DNA of 64,000 bases, taken from the NCBI GenBank assembly GCA_964016885.1, contig OZ024742.1:268336001-268400000 (forward strand), written 5' to 3'. The notes under the pieces are model-generated. The model saw only the letters and a list, made by a program, of their open reading frames with translations. It was not told where the DNA came from and made no database searches. Positions within the stretch are counted from its first letter, which is position 1; every line of letters starts with the position of its first letter. Both the position numbers and the translations under genes were made by a program. This DNA is from Eledone cirrhosa (lineage: Eukaryota). Positions 47,153-62,324 of this stretch are shown piece by piece.

Positions 47153-48047
47153 CTAGCAGTGGTAGCCGGCGTTGCACGGGATAAGGTATTTTGGAACGCG
47201 GGCCGCCAATAGACCTAAAAACTGCATGCCTGGACAATATGTAAAGAAAATAAACCGAATACTCTGATGGCTGGATAATCATTTAGATTTTCCTCGATGA
47301 AGCATGATAAATGCAGGGTTTCACCTAATGCGGGCCCTAGGAGATCAAGAAAATGAATTTTTTTTATGTGCATAATATGCCTTGAAATTCCAGGAAAAAA
47401 AGGCTATATGTAACGCCTCCAAAAAGCTCTAAGAAGCTGAAAAATGAAGTTTTTCACCTAATGCGGGTCCTAGGCCATATGAAAGTTGGATTTTCTTTGC
47501 TTACGGTATGAAGAAGAGACTGACTAATACATAGTTACAATTTCAAGGAAATCGGTCTGATGTAACGCCTCAAAGAAACCCTAAAAATGTTAAACAACGC
47601 AGTTTTTCACCTAATTCGGGCCCTAGTAGATAAAAAATGTTGAATTATTTTATGTGCATAACACTCCCTGAAACATAAGTAATACACATGTAAAGTTTGA
47701 AAATAATTGGTTGGGACTTCTCGAGTTTTAGGGATTCAAACTCACACACACACACACACAACCTCAAGGAAGTGACGTAATGCAGACAGATATTATAAGG
47801 GCGCGACCTTATAAGTATGTATCTATCTAAAAAGAGAATGACTAAGAATTATAGAGCGCGATCGCTAAATCACCTAATGTGGTCCCTGGGGCATAGGAAA
47901 TTTGAAATTTGTTTTGCTTAGAATACTCTGCGAAACATAAGTATTACATGTGTAAAGTTTGAAAACAGTCGGTTGGGTGGTTCTCGAGTTTTAGGGATTC
48001 AAACTCACACACACACAGACAGACATCCTCAGTTTTATATATATAGA
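47153..48047 (-). mobile_element. Non-autonomous Helitron-like element
   Basis: The minus strand starts TCtatatatataaaa...tgtctgtctgtgtg and ends cccgtgcaacgccggctaccactgCTAG|t (subterminal hairpin plus CTAG). Internal repeats tcacctaatgcgggccctag at ~47320, 47455, 47607 and 47870. Confidence 0.8.
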
Positions 48048-48180
48048 CTAGCAGAAAACCACCCACCGGGTGGTTTTCTGCTAGTATATATATATATTAC
48101 ACACAGAGAAATGTATATATATTTCTGTGTGTTTATATATATATATATATTACACACACAGAAATGTATATATATATTTC

Positions 48181-48217
<37 letters not shown>

Positions 48218-48790
48218 CACACACAGAAATGTATATATATTTCTGTGTGTATATATATATATATATTACACACACATAAATGTATATATATTTCTGTGTG
48301 TATATATATATATTTCTGTGTGTGTGTATATATATATATTACACACACACAGAAATGTATATATGTTTCTGTAGCACTCCTCAATTCCCCCCCTCTCTCC
48401 CTCCCGCTATCCCCCTCTTGTAGTCTGTCTCTTTCTTTCACTCTCACTCTCTATCTACGCGTGCGCAAAAAACATTCGCACGCGCGCTCGTATTTTAGTG
48501 TCTATTCACTCCCTCTCTCTCCCTCTCTCCCTCCCGCTATCCCCCTCTCGTAGTCTTCTCTTTCTTTCACTCTTAACTATATATATATTACACACACAGA
48601 AATGTATATATATTTCTGTGTGTATATATATATATTTCTGTGTGTGTATATATATATATATATTACACACACAGAAATGTATTTATATTTCTGTGTGTAT
48701 ATATATATATTACACACACAGAAATGTATATATATTTCTGTGTGTGTATATATATATATATTACATACACAGATATGTATATATATTTCT
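48048..48790. repeat. CTAG-bounded hairpin followed by a palindromic minisatellite
   Basis: ctagcagaaaaccaccc-acc-gggtggttttctgctag at 48048-48084, then repeated acacacagaaatgtatatatatttctgtgtgt units. Confidence 0.85.
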
Positions 48791-51700
48791 TAGAACAAAA
48801 TTATTATTAATGTTTTGCTGTTCATAACAATTGGAATTGAAAAATTACTTTTGAAATTATTAGTTATTTTACTAATGCTTAGATATGTAAAAATGAAGCA
48901 ATGTTTCTAATAATTGTTTCTACTTTTGGCACAAGGCCAGCAGTTACTCAGTACATCACTGGTACTTTATTTTATCGACCCCGTGAGGATCAAAGGCAAA
49001 GTTAACCTCGGCGGTATTTGAACTCAGACCGTAAAAGGACGTAACTCCATGCTATGAAGCATGGTGTCCGACTCTCTACAGATTCTGCCAATCTACCGCC
49101 CTAATATCTGTACGTAATGAGGGAGTGAGAGGGGAGAGAAAGAAAGACAGATGTGAAGTGACGAAGTGACTCTCTCCTCCTCCTCCTCCTCCTCCATCTC
49201 CCCATTCGTCACAGCGATAGAGAGGAGGAATGCTAGTGTTTTACAAAGAGAAAGAGTGAGAGTGAGAGAAACAGACAGACTAAAAGAGAGGGATAGCTGG
49301 AGAGAGAGAGAGATAGCAACCAAGCGCGCACGTGTTTCCACTGTCGGACAGACAGACAGAGAAATTGCTGGTTATATATTATAAGGAGATATCACAGTGA
49401 GACAGATGTCTTGAAATATATGACTACTATATTATATCCTATTACCGGCAATAGAATCACTTACAGATTGTGGCTGAGTTTAAAGACTGTAAATATCATC
49501 TTGAGCGTGGTCTCTGATACAAATAATTTTTTAATCCATATAGATTCTATTAAAAATCCTTCTGTGTTGTCGCAACTCTAACTAAGTCATGTCGTGTATC
49601 AGAAAATGCTCAAGACTTCCCGGCAAATTGTGAACTGTATTGATATTGCAACAATCACAGTAATTAAAGAGGATTAATTTCAAACGGACTGTATACATTA
49701 TTATAAGAAAATGGACAATTGTTCTTCGCTCTCTGATTGACTTTCATATTTGCTACCAGAATTTCTATATATTAACACTTTGTTGTTCGACGTCAGTGAT
49801 TTGCACTAGTATCACATTTTGTACCCCCTCCCCTTCTTAATTTCCTTTTCTGAATATTTTTCTATCTTCTTCCCAGGAATATGAACATTGAAATTGCATG
49901 GTTTGGGTGAAATGCAGAAGTGGACGTTCAAATCTAGAGCGAGTATATCCCATAGACGTGGATATATGGTCGGCTGTCGTGTGTGTTGTGTGAACGTGTG
50001 ATCTAGGAACAATTTCATGTACACTTATTTGTGAAGTCGTTTCACATTAGGTTTAGAATTGTAACCATGAGCCTCAGCAAATCCTTCTTCGTAGTATAAT
50101 TGATTTATGGAAATAATTGTTTTACAATTCATTGTAAGGTTCATCTCAATATAATTCATTTCTATTCATATAGCCAAGTCAGGGTTTTTTTCTTGGGTAG
50201 TAATCATGTTAATCGTTGTTCAGTTCATAATATCGATAAAATATGTGCTTTATAATTACAATAATTCTATGCATACGTCAGGTAATTTTTCATCTATTTT
50301 CCTTCTGCATATATATGTACATGTGTATATGTGTAAGTAAGGATATATGTATATATTTAAGTATGCATGTATCTATGTATTTTAAAATGTAGTTATGCGT
50401 ATGTGTAACATGTTTTATGCAAATATATGTGTTTTTACGTATGTGAATGTGTATGTGTATATGTATGTAATTATGCAAGTGTGCTTGTATGAATGTGTCA
50501 CGTCCCATGCCTTTAGGGTGACATTATGTATATGTTTTATGTGCGTGTTTGTATGTTTAAACCTTTTCTTTATCTTATTCAACCGTTCCCACTGCATAAT
50601 GATTATTTCTAAAATAGGCGCAATATCAGCAATTTGTGGGTATGAGAAAGTCGATTACCTCGACACAATTACGGGGCTGCTATTTTACTTTATCGACCCC
50701 TGATGCATTAAATTCAAGGTTGACATCAGCAATGTTAGAATTTAGTACATAAAAGCCAGAACAAATAACGCTAATGATTCTGCAAATCCACAGCCGTTCC
50801 CCTTCAAAATAAGGAGTTCTCTCCACGTTAGAAAATAGCAAATATCTATCGGTCTGACAACGTTTTCTATAGAGTATGAATGATTCTACGGTCGAATAAA
50901 TACCAATTAAATCAGTCTTACCTCAAATATTTATATTTTTTATATAAGACACACATTGTAATTTTTGTAAAACGTAATCCACGGTGACATATTTCCTAGC
51001 AAATTTATATTGTAATTAACCGTTTCATACTTTTCTATCATCTTCGGATATTCAATCTCTTAATGGGGTCAGCACATCTTCCGTCTATCACACTCAAGAT
51101 AAACACTCAATGAAATGTCAATTTCTCTTTTTCAACCCTGTAATTATAATTTTATTTATAAACACCTGTTTGCTTTTCTACCGACCTTCTGCTTCTTCAC
51201 TCAACATAAGAACAGACGCCGTCATACAAACCCACATGCACAAACAGAAATATATATAGAAAGTTTTATATTTTAATACTGTGGGTATTTATATTTTTAT
51301 TGTTAATCAAGTAGAAATAAAATCGTTGGCAAACAGAACTACCGCTTCATTAGATTTTATATCTCAACGAAATTTATATTTTTAATTAAATTTGCTGATA
51401 AATTATAAGATTCCTCATTATAATGCCAGAATAATATTGTTTGTCAGCGAATTTCATTTTGTTTCAAATCAACGCCATAAATCGGCGATAAAACTAATGA
51501 GAAATTTAAAGCTCGCTTGAAATATTAAGCAAACTTTAGAGGTTTCTTTCAGTGTGCATTTCAAATAAGGCTTGTAAATTTGTTAAATTAATATTTTAAT
51601 TACAATTTCGTTGAATATTCAATATTTTCCTTGACCGACCATTAATTTTATGATTGAATTTCATTAACCCGAACAATAAAACACCCGTAGATTTCTTTGT

Positions 51701-52040
51701 AACCGGCTCGACCTCAGTGATTTGTAACGAAATTTTCCACGACAAATTCAAAATAATCTTAATATATTTAGGAATATTTGTAAATATTTGAACATTGATT
51801 TCATTATGTTTTCATTCGTTTTTCATTGCAGTACATTGTTTAATATTGACAATTTGAATTAATAAAACATAAAACAAACAAATATTTTAGTTATCCCGTC
51901 ATAGCAATTCAAAATCACAATACAATATATCACCACGTCCGTAGAAGCGAAGTATGCCTTTTCATAATCATTTGATCTGTAAAAAGCTAGCAGGCATAAT
52001 AACCTGAAATAACACAGAAATGTCTAGCAAAGAAAGGCTG

Positions 52041-52097
<57 letters not shown>

Positions 52098-52139
52098 TAT
52101 GCATACATACACACATACATACACACATACATAAACACA

Positions 52140-52660
52140 CGTGGCTTTTTTCCTGTTGCCGCCGTCGCCGTGGTGGGGTCATCGCTGGTCTTGTTGTTGT
52201 TATTGGTGTTATCAATGGCTTAATACTGACATAGTTGATACCACCACTACTGCGACGAACGGGGGGGGGGGGTGATGTGCAGTGTTGGTGTTTGTTGTCG
52301 TTGTCATTGTTGTTGTTACTGTTTATGGTCATGGTGATTGATACCACCGACTCTGTGTACCCACCTACCTTTTTATTGCTTTGGCGTTATCACTGTTTAC
52401 GGTCAACAAGGTGGTACCGTCACTGCGACGACTACGACCTGCATACACGACGCTGTCTGTGTTTTTGCTGTTGTTGTCGTTTGTTGCTGTTGTCGTTGTA
52501 AGTGTTTTTACTGTAGCTGTTGTTTTAGTTGTTGTTGTCAATAGGGTGATGGTATCAGCACGACTATTGCGACCAGTGTGGATACATTTGGTCGGCGGTT
52601 TGATGTTATTGTCATTGTTGTTGTTGTAGATGTCGTTGTCGTTGTTGTTGTCTACAGGTG
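52140..52660. repeat. Degenerate (GTT/GTC)n low-complexity tract
   Basis: Direct reading. Confidence 0.85.
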
Positions 52661-53191
52661 GTCGTCAACTAAATGTATACCCCGCCCACCTCAGAGCTCC
52701 TTTTGTTCCTTCAACTGTCTACTGGGTTTAGGTTGCATACGGTTCTTTGTTCTTTTCGACTTTTTTCGTTGATAGCTTTATCTAACAAACGCGACGGCTG
52801 GCAAACCCTTCAAGGAACTTATACGTATGCTGGGCGCACAAGCATATATGTATATATGTATATAAAAAGATGGCGTAGGCATAGAATGCAACAGGAGGAA
52901 ACATAATAACACCACTGACGATGTTGCATATGTGCAACGAAAGAAATTTGTTAGACTATATATATGTGTTTGTGTCTATATTATATCTGTATTTTTGACC
53001 GTTGGTCAGTCAATTGTAAACATTGAGGACCGAATAAATTAACTGATATAAAAGATACAGAATCGAAAACTAACCAAACATTGAGTGTGTTCTGTTATTA
53101 ATTCTGGCAATATTATTACAACAATATGACCCACCCCAAGTATAACAATATTTGTTTCGACACACGATTTCATATCAAAAACCTCACAAAA

Positions 53192-53437
<246 letters not shown>

Positions 53438-53479
53438 CATACATATATATAAATATACATACATATATATAAATATATA

Positions 53480-56400
53480 TATTTACGTAGACAACGGAGC
53501 GTATGTGCATAAACGCACCTGCAGCGTGTCATATTTGTGACAGTATTGTAATAGCTCAATGTACAAGAACAGAGTCGTTATATGTAAAAGGAATCAAAGA
53601 ACGCCTATATACTCATACCATTTTTATTTGCTGACAATGTTTCATCCATACCATGGGGCAGGATTCATCAGAGCTTTATAAACAAAAATATAGTGCTGAG
53701 TATAAGCTCTACACAGCTTAGTCACACGAATATTAGATATACAGTGCAGGATAATAAGAAGGAGATCGGAAATGGAAAGGATGGAGAGAAAGCGTAATGG
53801 GGTTGTTATTCAACATTACAGCTACATATGAAGATATAGGCAGATTTTCAACAAGGGGCACACGTGAGGGCACACAGAAACAAATAAAGCATTTAACGAT
53901 AGTTAAAAATATAATAATAAAAAAAAAGTAAAACAAAAATAATAATATAAAAAGGTAAATAAATAATTTAAAAAAATATAATAATAATTAAATCACACAA
54001 AAGCCAGATGAAGTTATGCATTGGTCACTATATAGAACAGGTGATTTAGTTTCCCATAACATAGAGTTATAGAAATACTAAGAGACCCCTAAGGTACCTT
54101 CAGAATATCCAAAGGGGATTTTATTCCTCCCCATAGTATACATAATCAGGGTATACTAGTAGGTTACGGAATTACGTGGACCAGGGGTACTAAACCAGCA
54201 CATAGACAGGCACCACATCAATACAAGCCGAACACAGACGAAGCCGGGTTAATGCATGATCAAGCTGAAGCAAATAATACACAACAAATATGGTTTAGTC
54301 ACTGTATAAGGAACATCTGGCGAGGAGTCACAACATATGTATATCCACCGTAGATGTTAATCCAATCAGTTTCATATGCACCAATTGGCGAGGAGTTATA
54401 ATATAAGTAGATCGTTCGGAGATGGTAACCCAGTTTAGAATTTACAACATATGTAGATCGTCCGTAAAATGTAATCCAGTCGCATTCATATCCTCACCAA
54501 AACATATCAGCACATATGGTAACATGTGTTACAGGCTGATGTTACACATCACAAATCCTCATATGTTTAAAATTCCAGACCGCGATGTGCTATATGTCCA
54601 AGTTGCAGCTCCAAATTCCGTATAACCATATTCGTCACACCTAATCCAGCCGCGACCGCGTGCAAATAATGCCAGGTTAAATGCAGCAGTAATTCACCGT
54701 TGAACAATCGCGCCCACGTGGATTAACAATCAATATAAAACAGAAGATAAAGTGCTAAAATCAGTAAATCCACCAGGCACCACAGTATGTCCATTAGGTG
54801 AGTTCATACCCATATAGGCATACAATAATCATATAAGACAGCACACATACCCCGCAATAATACAGGAACTCAGCTCCGCAAGAAATAAAGAACAGTCGCT
54901 ACACGATTCGTCCCAACTGCGATATGTATATACACACCAATCCATGACGTAGAAGGCACATACGGGGTGTTACTCTTTTCAGTCAACAAATAATGACGTG
55001 TCAATGGCAAAGAAAGGGGGACTACTCTATCATGTCGTCTGTGAGGCTATTTAATTCAAGCTGCCATAAAAATTCAATCACCAACAGATCTATCACACTG
55101 ATTCAATAAGATTCGTACAAATAAAATTATATTATTATTATTGGACCTCCAGAATTGTCAAGTGGCTCATACCATAGACTATTAAATCGCGGTTAACGTA
55201 GGATATGTCCTTAAGCCCAGAGTTAACTTTACTAATTCTATTATAGGGAAGTATTTATACAGGGTCGGGTTAAAACAGATAGTATAATATAAAGGTGCTA
55301 CGGTAAAGGGAACTCTATTTAACCTAAATGTGCAGGTAAGGTGTCCCTTACCACGGTATGAGTCGTATCTATTGCCCAGGATGGGGAGCGGGCAGTGTAC
55401 GCATGTTCCGCAGCAGGAAGGGTATATCAATGGAACCAGATACGCCCATATGGGTCTGTGGGACCCAGCCAAATGGAGCGAGTAGTTGACTTACCTTTCG
55501 CATAATAGCTATGTGCTGTTATACCCGATATAGAACCATCCGCCATCAAAGGGAGATAATTCTTGGGACGCTACGCTATCCATCAGGGACCAAAAACTCA
55601 CCAAAATACATTTGTATTCCCTGGCCTAAACGGGGGCAAGGCGTACATATACACACCAGTAACCCTCTGGTTGGGGGCTGATGGGTTGTGGTACTACCCA
55701 ACCGCAGTGGCAATAGGAAAGCCACGAAGTGTAGGTCACATGGGAACTTAGACTTCCTTACCGCGGGCTGGGCTCACCTGAAATCCACCGATTGTCAAGC
55801 AACACACAAGTGCAATGGAACAAAAAGTCCCATTGTCATACAAAATTACATACCGAGGGAGGTCCACATGAAGAGAAGCTAATTGGTTAAAGAAATAGGT
55901 TTAAGGAGGCGGAAAGTTGAAAGAGTGCTACAGTGTTATTGAAGAGGGAGGAGTGATATCTCGGCGGATCTATCTAATTAGCTGAAAGTGGTAAAAGGAA
56001 CTAAGATTCATGTGTATGCAAGAAGAAAATGTTTCCGGTTTCCTATTGAGCATGTTACATCTAGAGTATATTATGGCGTGAGACTCTAGAAGGCTAAGGT
56101 TACAAGTTTGCTCGGAGGGGGGGGGGGCGTTTGGGCGCAGATTTAGTTACCAATCTCCAATTAAGGGTATAATCAATACAAGTATTTAAAAAAAAATAAA
56201 TATGTTTAGCCAGGAAGGTGGTATTCCTGAGACTATCTTTTTTTTTAATGTATATTTGTGGGAGTTGTATCTAGTCTTAAATGAGGTAGAAGTAGATCCC
56301 ACATATGTTGTGGTGGAAGTTGCCGTTACAATATCACATGCGTAAACTATGTTTCTCATGAGGCAATTGCCCTTCAAAGGGCAATTTTCCCTCCGTCTAT

Positions 56401-56685
56401 AGTTACAGTTGCGGTGTGTGTTGCTCTTCCTGTCTTGGGAGGGCTGGTTGGTTATACCTTCCCGATATGATATTTGTTCTTCCGAGGTGTTGCTACCACC
56501 ATCAGGCACCTCATTTGCCAATGTGTTAGGTTGTTGTGGTTACTTATAGATTTAATGGTGTCGAACCCTACACTAATTTTCCTATTATTAGTGCGTGCTA
56601 GGTCGCAAGCTAGGTTTGGGTAGTGGAGTAAGATAATTTAATCGTATTTTTATTAATTATATTATCGTATCTACTGCCAGGCGGG

Positions 56686-56690
<5 letters not shown>
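53480..56690 (-). mobile_element. 5'-truncated PLE with Cys-rich linker, GIY-YIG and a long 3' region
   Basis: ORF 56186-56521 reads CNYRRRENCPLKGNCLMRNIVYAC...TYVGSTSTSFKTRYNSHK. An HHR lies near the left (3') end. Continuity of the middle part is inferred. Confidence 0.7.
53630..53674 (-). ncRNA. Minimal type-I hammerhead ribozyme
   Basis: Minus strand reads gct-CTGATGA-atcc tgcc ccat ggta t ggat-GAAA-catt-GTC-agc-aaataaa. Confidence 0.8.
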
Positions 56691-56729
<39 letters not shown>

Positions 56730-56735
<6 letters not shown>

Positions 56736-57721
56736 TCACAAGAATCAAAGCTATGTTCATTCACTTCCAATTGATTCATCCAAACCTAGGCTTGGAGTCT
56801 TGGACCATTTTTCAATGTTTGTACACGTAATTGACCTCCTTTCCAACGCAAGAAACATACAGATACATATATATATATATATATATTGATGTAGAGTGGA
56901 GTGACATATATTATACTATATTATTTCTGTATAGCAATTCAAATTCAAAATCAAAACCAAAATTAAAATTAAAACAAAATTAATACAAAATTAAAATGCA
57001 TTCGGCAGTTAATACAGATAATGCAAGAGGATAGTTTGTTAGTCAGATGTAGTAGTTAATGTATGCGTTAGTTACACGTGGAGCATGCAAGTGTGTCTCA
57101 TTTATATATGATTATTGTGTGGCAGGGTGTTACATGAAATACAAGCACTTTAAGCGGGTAAGTAAGAGTATTATGATGGTTGCAGTGGTAAGGTATTTTT
57201 TGTATATAATAAAAAAGTGTGTGCAGAAAAATAAAAATTAAAATAATACTCTTACTTACCCGCTTAAAGTGCTTGTATTCCATGTAACACCCAATAATCA
57301 TATATAAAGTGCTTGTATTCCATGTAACACACAATAATCATATATAAATGAGACACACTTGCATGCCCCACGTGTAACTAACGCATACACTAACTACTAC
57401 ATCTGACTAACAAACTATCCTCTTGCATTATATGTGTTAACTGCCGAATGTATTTTAATTTTGTTTTCATTTTGTTTTCATTTTAATGTTGATTTTGATT
57501 TTGAATTTGAATTGGTATACAGAAATAATATAGCATAATATATGTCACTCCAATGTACATCAATATATATATATGTATCTGTATGTCACATGCGTTGGAA
57601 ATGAGGTCAATTATGTGTACAAACATTGAAAAATGGTCCGAAGATTCCAAGCCTAGCTTTGGATGAAACAATTGTAAGTGAATAAATGCTTTGCATATAG
57701 CTTTGATTCTTGTGAATTCTA
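56730..57721. repeat. ~990-bp fold-back palindrome (~450-bp arms) of a PLE-like tail
   Basis: 56730-57175 pairs with 57243-57721. The right arm has an internal ~42-bp duplication and CCGAAGA...GAAACAATTGTA at 57638-57676. The unpaired tail 57725-57815 matches the reverse complement of 18700-18785. Confidence 0.92.
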
Positions 57722-57883
57722 TATAACTACTCTGTAGAACAACTGATGTTATTACATTGAGCTATTTATCTTACTGGTAATAAGGTAGTAACAAATTACT
57801 GACCTTCACTGTTTAGGGTTTAACATATACATAACTATAAAACGTTTTAGTATATACATAACCATAAATAGTATCGTGAATAT

Positions 57884-57918
<35 letters not shown>

Positions 57919-57921
57919 ATG

Positions 57922-58025
<104 letters not shown>

Positions 58026-58029
58026 TATA

Positions 58030-58671
58030 TTATTTAAAAGAATAGAGGTATAACAGACGAGTTGTTGTGATATATTAGTAAAAGGAAAAGAAAATGCTGA
58101 CAAATTTTTCCCAGTGAAAATAGTTTAATTACGAATAAGTAATAGTTAGTAATAAGTATTGGTTAGTATTCAGTTTTAGTTTTAAGTTTTACGTTTTTAC
58201 CGGTTGCGCATTTCTAATGCTTTTCAAAAATAATTTTGAGATAGAGCGCCCGTGATGTTTGCTCTAATGTGATCAGTTTTGGAAATTATATGTTTTATGT
58301 GAAAAAAGTGGCTCCAGAGGTATTAAGATTTGGTTGGTTGTTGAATGTCACGTGAATGAGTACTATAAGTCTCACGCCAATTCATGTTGCAAAAATTATT
58401 GTAGTCAAAACAATTTTGATTGGTCGGTAGAGTACACGTGAATGTTAAAAATTGATTTTGCGCCAAATGTAGGTTTGTGGAAGAGTGTCCTTTTTCGCCT
58501 GATTGAGAAGTAACTGAAAAATAAGTCTTTTAAGACAAATATGTGTGTGTATGTGAGTGTAGTAAAGAGGTTTATTGTTGTGATAATGGTCAGTAGGGAT
58601 GTGTGTGTGTGAATTGCAGTCATGTTGAAAGATCAACTGTTCAGGTGTCTATTAAGACAAATATGTGTGTG

Positions 58672-58752
<81 letters not shown>

Positions 58753-60255
58753 GTATGTGTGTGTTTGTGTGTGTGTAGCAGAGTGGTTCGTGGTAGAAGG
58801 ATTCGAACAGTAGGAACGTGTCTGTACGTGTGTGGGGATATTTTAACATGTTGAAAGATATTTTTCACCTTTTCACTTATACGGAGAAGTGGGTGTGTCT
58901 ATATGTCTGTTTGTATGTTAGTGTACGCGTGTGTATGTGTGTGTGTTTATATATGTGTGTGTGTGTATATGTGTGTATGTGTGTGTGTGTGTGTGTGTGT
59001 GGATTGACCAGTATTTTTGTGATACTGGTAAAAATGGTGTACATTATTCGATATTTTCAGTAATTTTCAAAAACGATTCTCTCAAAAGAACATCAAACAC
59101 ATTAATAATAAAAGGGGTGAAATGATATATAGTATTGTCATAACACCAAGGTGCGTGTGAGTGGCCAGATTGTACGTACTGCCAGGGGAATCCATTAGGC
59201 CCTGCCGTATGGGAATACTTGTGTGCAAATATGTATGTGCCCATCTGTGTGCAATGCATGTGTGCGTATATGTATGTGTGTCGGCACGTTTATATCTATA
59301 GACATCAAAAGGTATGCAAATTTGTGTATATTTGTGTTGCACCATACAACATGTGTGTTTACGTATGTCATTGTGTTTATATGTAGATAGAAATGTATGT
59401 AGGGTGTATGCTGATGTAGGTATGTATGTTGACGTGTGTATGTTGTGCGTTCGTCTTAGGGAGAAGTGTTTAGACGGGGTCCGTATTTGTTAATAAAGTG
59501 AGATTCCCTGCTGATGCGCTGGGTGTGGGTGGCATTATCTTTAAATTTGTTTGTAGAGGGGAAAGATTCTGAAGTTGGGATGATTTTGGGCGGCACAGGT
59601 ATCAATGTGTTCACTCAGTGGTATTTTTCTGTATTCCGGTATTTTAATTTGGGATCTATGGACAGTCATGCGCTGGCGGAGGCTGTTTTTGGTCTGGCCT
59701 ATGTATTGTTCTCGACAACATGAGCAAGTTAATACATATATTAGATTTTCCGATGCACATGTGAAATTGTGTTTTACTAGAAAACGTTGTCCTTCTTTGA
59801 AATAGAATTCCGAACCCTCTATTAGGTTGATGCAAATGCCACAGTTGGGTCTATCGCATTTTTTACTGTGGGTTTCGTTGTTGTTGTTGGCAGTACTTTG
59901 GCATGTGTTAGGATGTTTTTCATTGACTTGGATTGTCTTTTGCTCTTTATCATATCGTGTGTTCGTAGGATTTGGTTCATTCTATGGTCCTTTTTCAACA
60001 CAGGGATGTTCTGGAGGATGGTGACAAAGGCCTCATTATTGAGGGTGTTGTGTGTGGAGATATGGAAGAGATTTTAGTTTCGATTAATTTACTTTAGGTT
60101 GTCTAAGGTCCTGGGTACTGAGTTTTAGGGCACGTTGGATTCCATTGTCAATTAGTGATGCAGGGTAGTCCCTGCCTATGAGTGTGTCCTTTAGTTCTTG
60201 TAGCCGTAAGTAGAGGGTGTTTTTATTGGAGACTATAGTACAGATTCTCTCAAAT
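58030..60255 (-). mobile_element. 5'-truncated PLE with GIY-YIG endonuclease and 3' tail
   Basis: Minus frame ~59540-59860 reads CDRPNCGIC...FTCASENLIYVLTCSCCREQYIGQTKNSLRQRMTVHRSQI...LSEHIDTC. A variant HHR lies at ~58195-58230 and both ends are in (TA)n. Confidence 0.88.
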
Positions 60256-60272
60256 ATACTATATATACATTC

Positions 60273-60344
<72 letters not shown>

Positions 60345-60477
60345 TATTAGAAAGTGAGTTTTTATTTTACAAAATGAAAAATAACCGAGGTGTCCTACAC
60401 GAGTGAAAGTGTAAGGAAAAAAGATGAAATCGAAAATCCAACTGGAGTTTTTATTTTTTTTAATATATATTTATTTG

Positions 60478-60524
60478 ATTCCTTTACCGGTTTCGCAGTT
60501 CTTCTGCTTTTCAAAAGTAGAATT
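60478..60524 (-). ncRNA. Hammerhead with U3-A8 core variant in a PLE-like tail (60340-61700)
   Basis: Minus strand reads attctactt-TTGAAAA-gcag aagaa ctgc-GAAA-ccgg-TA-aaggaat. Confidence 0.7.
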
Positions 60525-61912
60525 GGGATGGAGTGTTTCTGGTTTTTCTCCCATCTAATTGGCCTTTGAATGTTACTTCTGTTTTATATGGAAAAAAGTG
60601 GCTCGAAATGCCAGGTTCTTAGAGAAGTAATTTGGTTGGTTGGTGAATAAGTATAGTACATTTCGCGCCATTTCGCGTTACTAGGTTCTTCCAACAAGGT
60701 TGTTTTTTCATATACTAGTGAAGTTTGGTTGGTTGATGTAGTCACTCGAATAAGCACATCAGCTTTCGCGCCAGCTTGTGTTTGAATTTCATTTTATTTA
60801 AAAAATGCGCCTGCATTTTGGAATTTTTCTATAGCCATTTAGAGAATTTTGTCCAAAACAAAAGATAATGTTCAAGAAAAAGGGATGGAGAGTGTTGTTC
60901 TGAATATGACTGATGTGCTGAAATGTAATTTGATTAGTTATAAATGAAATTATGACTGTCACGTGAACATTAAATTTCCCTCCCGTATTTGGGAATTTAT
61001 TTTTTAGCCTTTCATAGATTGTTGTGCCAAACAAAAGATAATGGTCAAGAAAAATGTGATGGGGAGAATTGTTGTGGTTCAGTGAATATGGCTGGTGCGC
61101 TGGGGTGTCAGAAATCAGACTTTCTATTGAAATAAAGAAAGTAGAGATGTGTATGTTTATTTGTTTGCTTGTATGTGTGTGTGTGTGTAGGAAGATGATT
61201 CTATTAGTAGAAATGGGGGAGGGAGTTGTGTGTGTGTTTATGGGTGATGTGTGTGTATGCATGTGTGTGTAGGACTATGGTTAGCATGTTAAGATGGAGA
61301 GAATATATATACTTTGTGTGTGTGTGTTTGTTATGTGTGTGTGTATGTGTGTGAGGGAGTATGGTTAACATGTTTAGATGGAGTAAATATATATATATTG
61401 TGTGTGTGTAGGAAAATGATTCTATTAGTAGAACTGGGGGAGGGAGTTGTGTGTGTGTATGTGTGTTATGTGGGTGTGGGGAGTGTGGTTAACATGTTAA
61501 GGTGTTAGAGTATTAACGTATGTTAAGGTTTATTTAGTACTGGTTTTTATTTTCTAAATTAGAAGGTGTTATGTGTGTGTGTATGTATGTGTCTGTTTGG
61601 ATGGTTAGCATGTTAGGGTGTTGGCATAATGTATATTAAACTATATTTAATGCTGGTCTATATTTTTGAATATGAGTCAATAGGTGAGTAAGAGGAAAGA
61701 TGGAACAGGTATTAGATCTTATATTAAACAAAACAAAATAAAAATGTGGAAAATTGCTCAACTGTCAATCATTGTGAATCTGCGAGTTGGGAGGAAATAA
61801 TAAGTTGACAGGACTAAGATAAGGTTTCCCTGCTAGTACCGTTTGCATCTCAGAGTACTCAATAGGTAAGCTTCTGTAAAAATCAAATAGCAGACACTAA
61901 GTTATTTGCCTC

Positions 61913-61986
<74 letters not shown>

Positions 61987-62171
61987 TCTCTAACTTGTTA
62001 ATTTGTGTTTGAGACACCTTGGCTGAGTGCTTGAATATCATCTCCCACCATCACGTAAATTTCCAAATCGATAGCCAATCAGGAGATGTCACTGGGACAC
62101 GTAGAGATTCCAGTTACCAACATTTTACTGTGTTGGCCGTCACATAGAGTCATAGCCGGTACGGACTGGAG

Positions 62172-62324
62172 TCGAATTCTGTCGATCGATTGGTTATTGA
62201 TTAGGCGAAACCTGCTGATGAAGCCACATCCACCGATTGTGCATTGTTACATAATATATGCGGACAGAGGGTACTGTGCACCCTACCGCTGCATTAAGTG
62301 TGGCCGAAACTCGAGTTGAATTCG
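62172..62324 (+). ncRNA. Hammerhead-like motif with long stem II and displaced stem I
   Basis: CTGATGA (62215)-agccaca...tgtggcc-GAAA-ctcgag-TT-gaattcg. The partner cgaattc lies ~35 nt upstream of the core. Confidence 0.5.
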
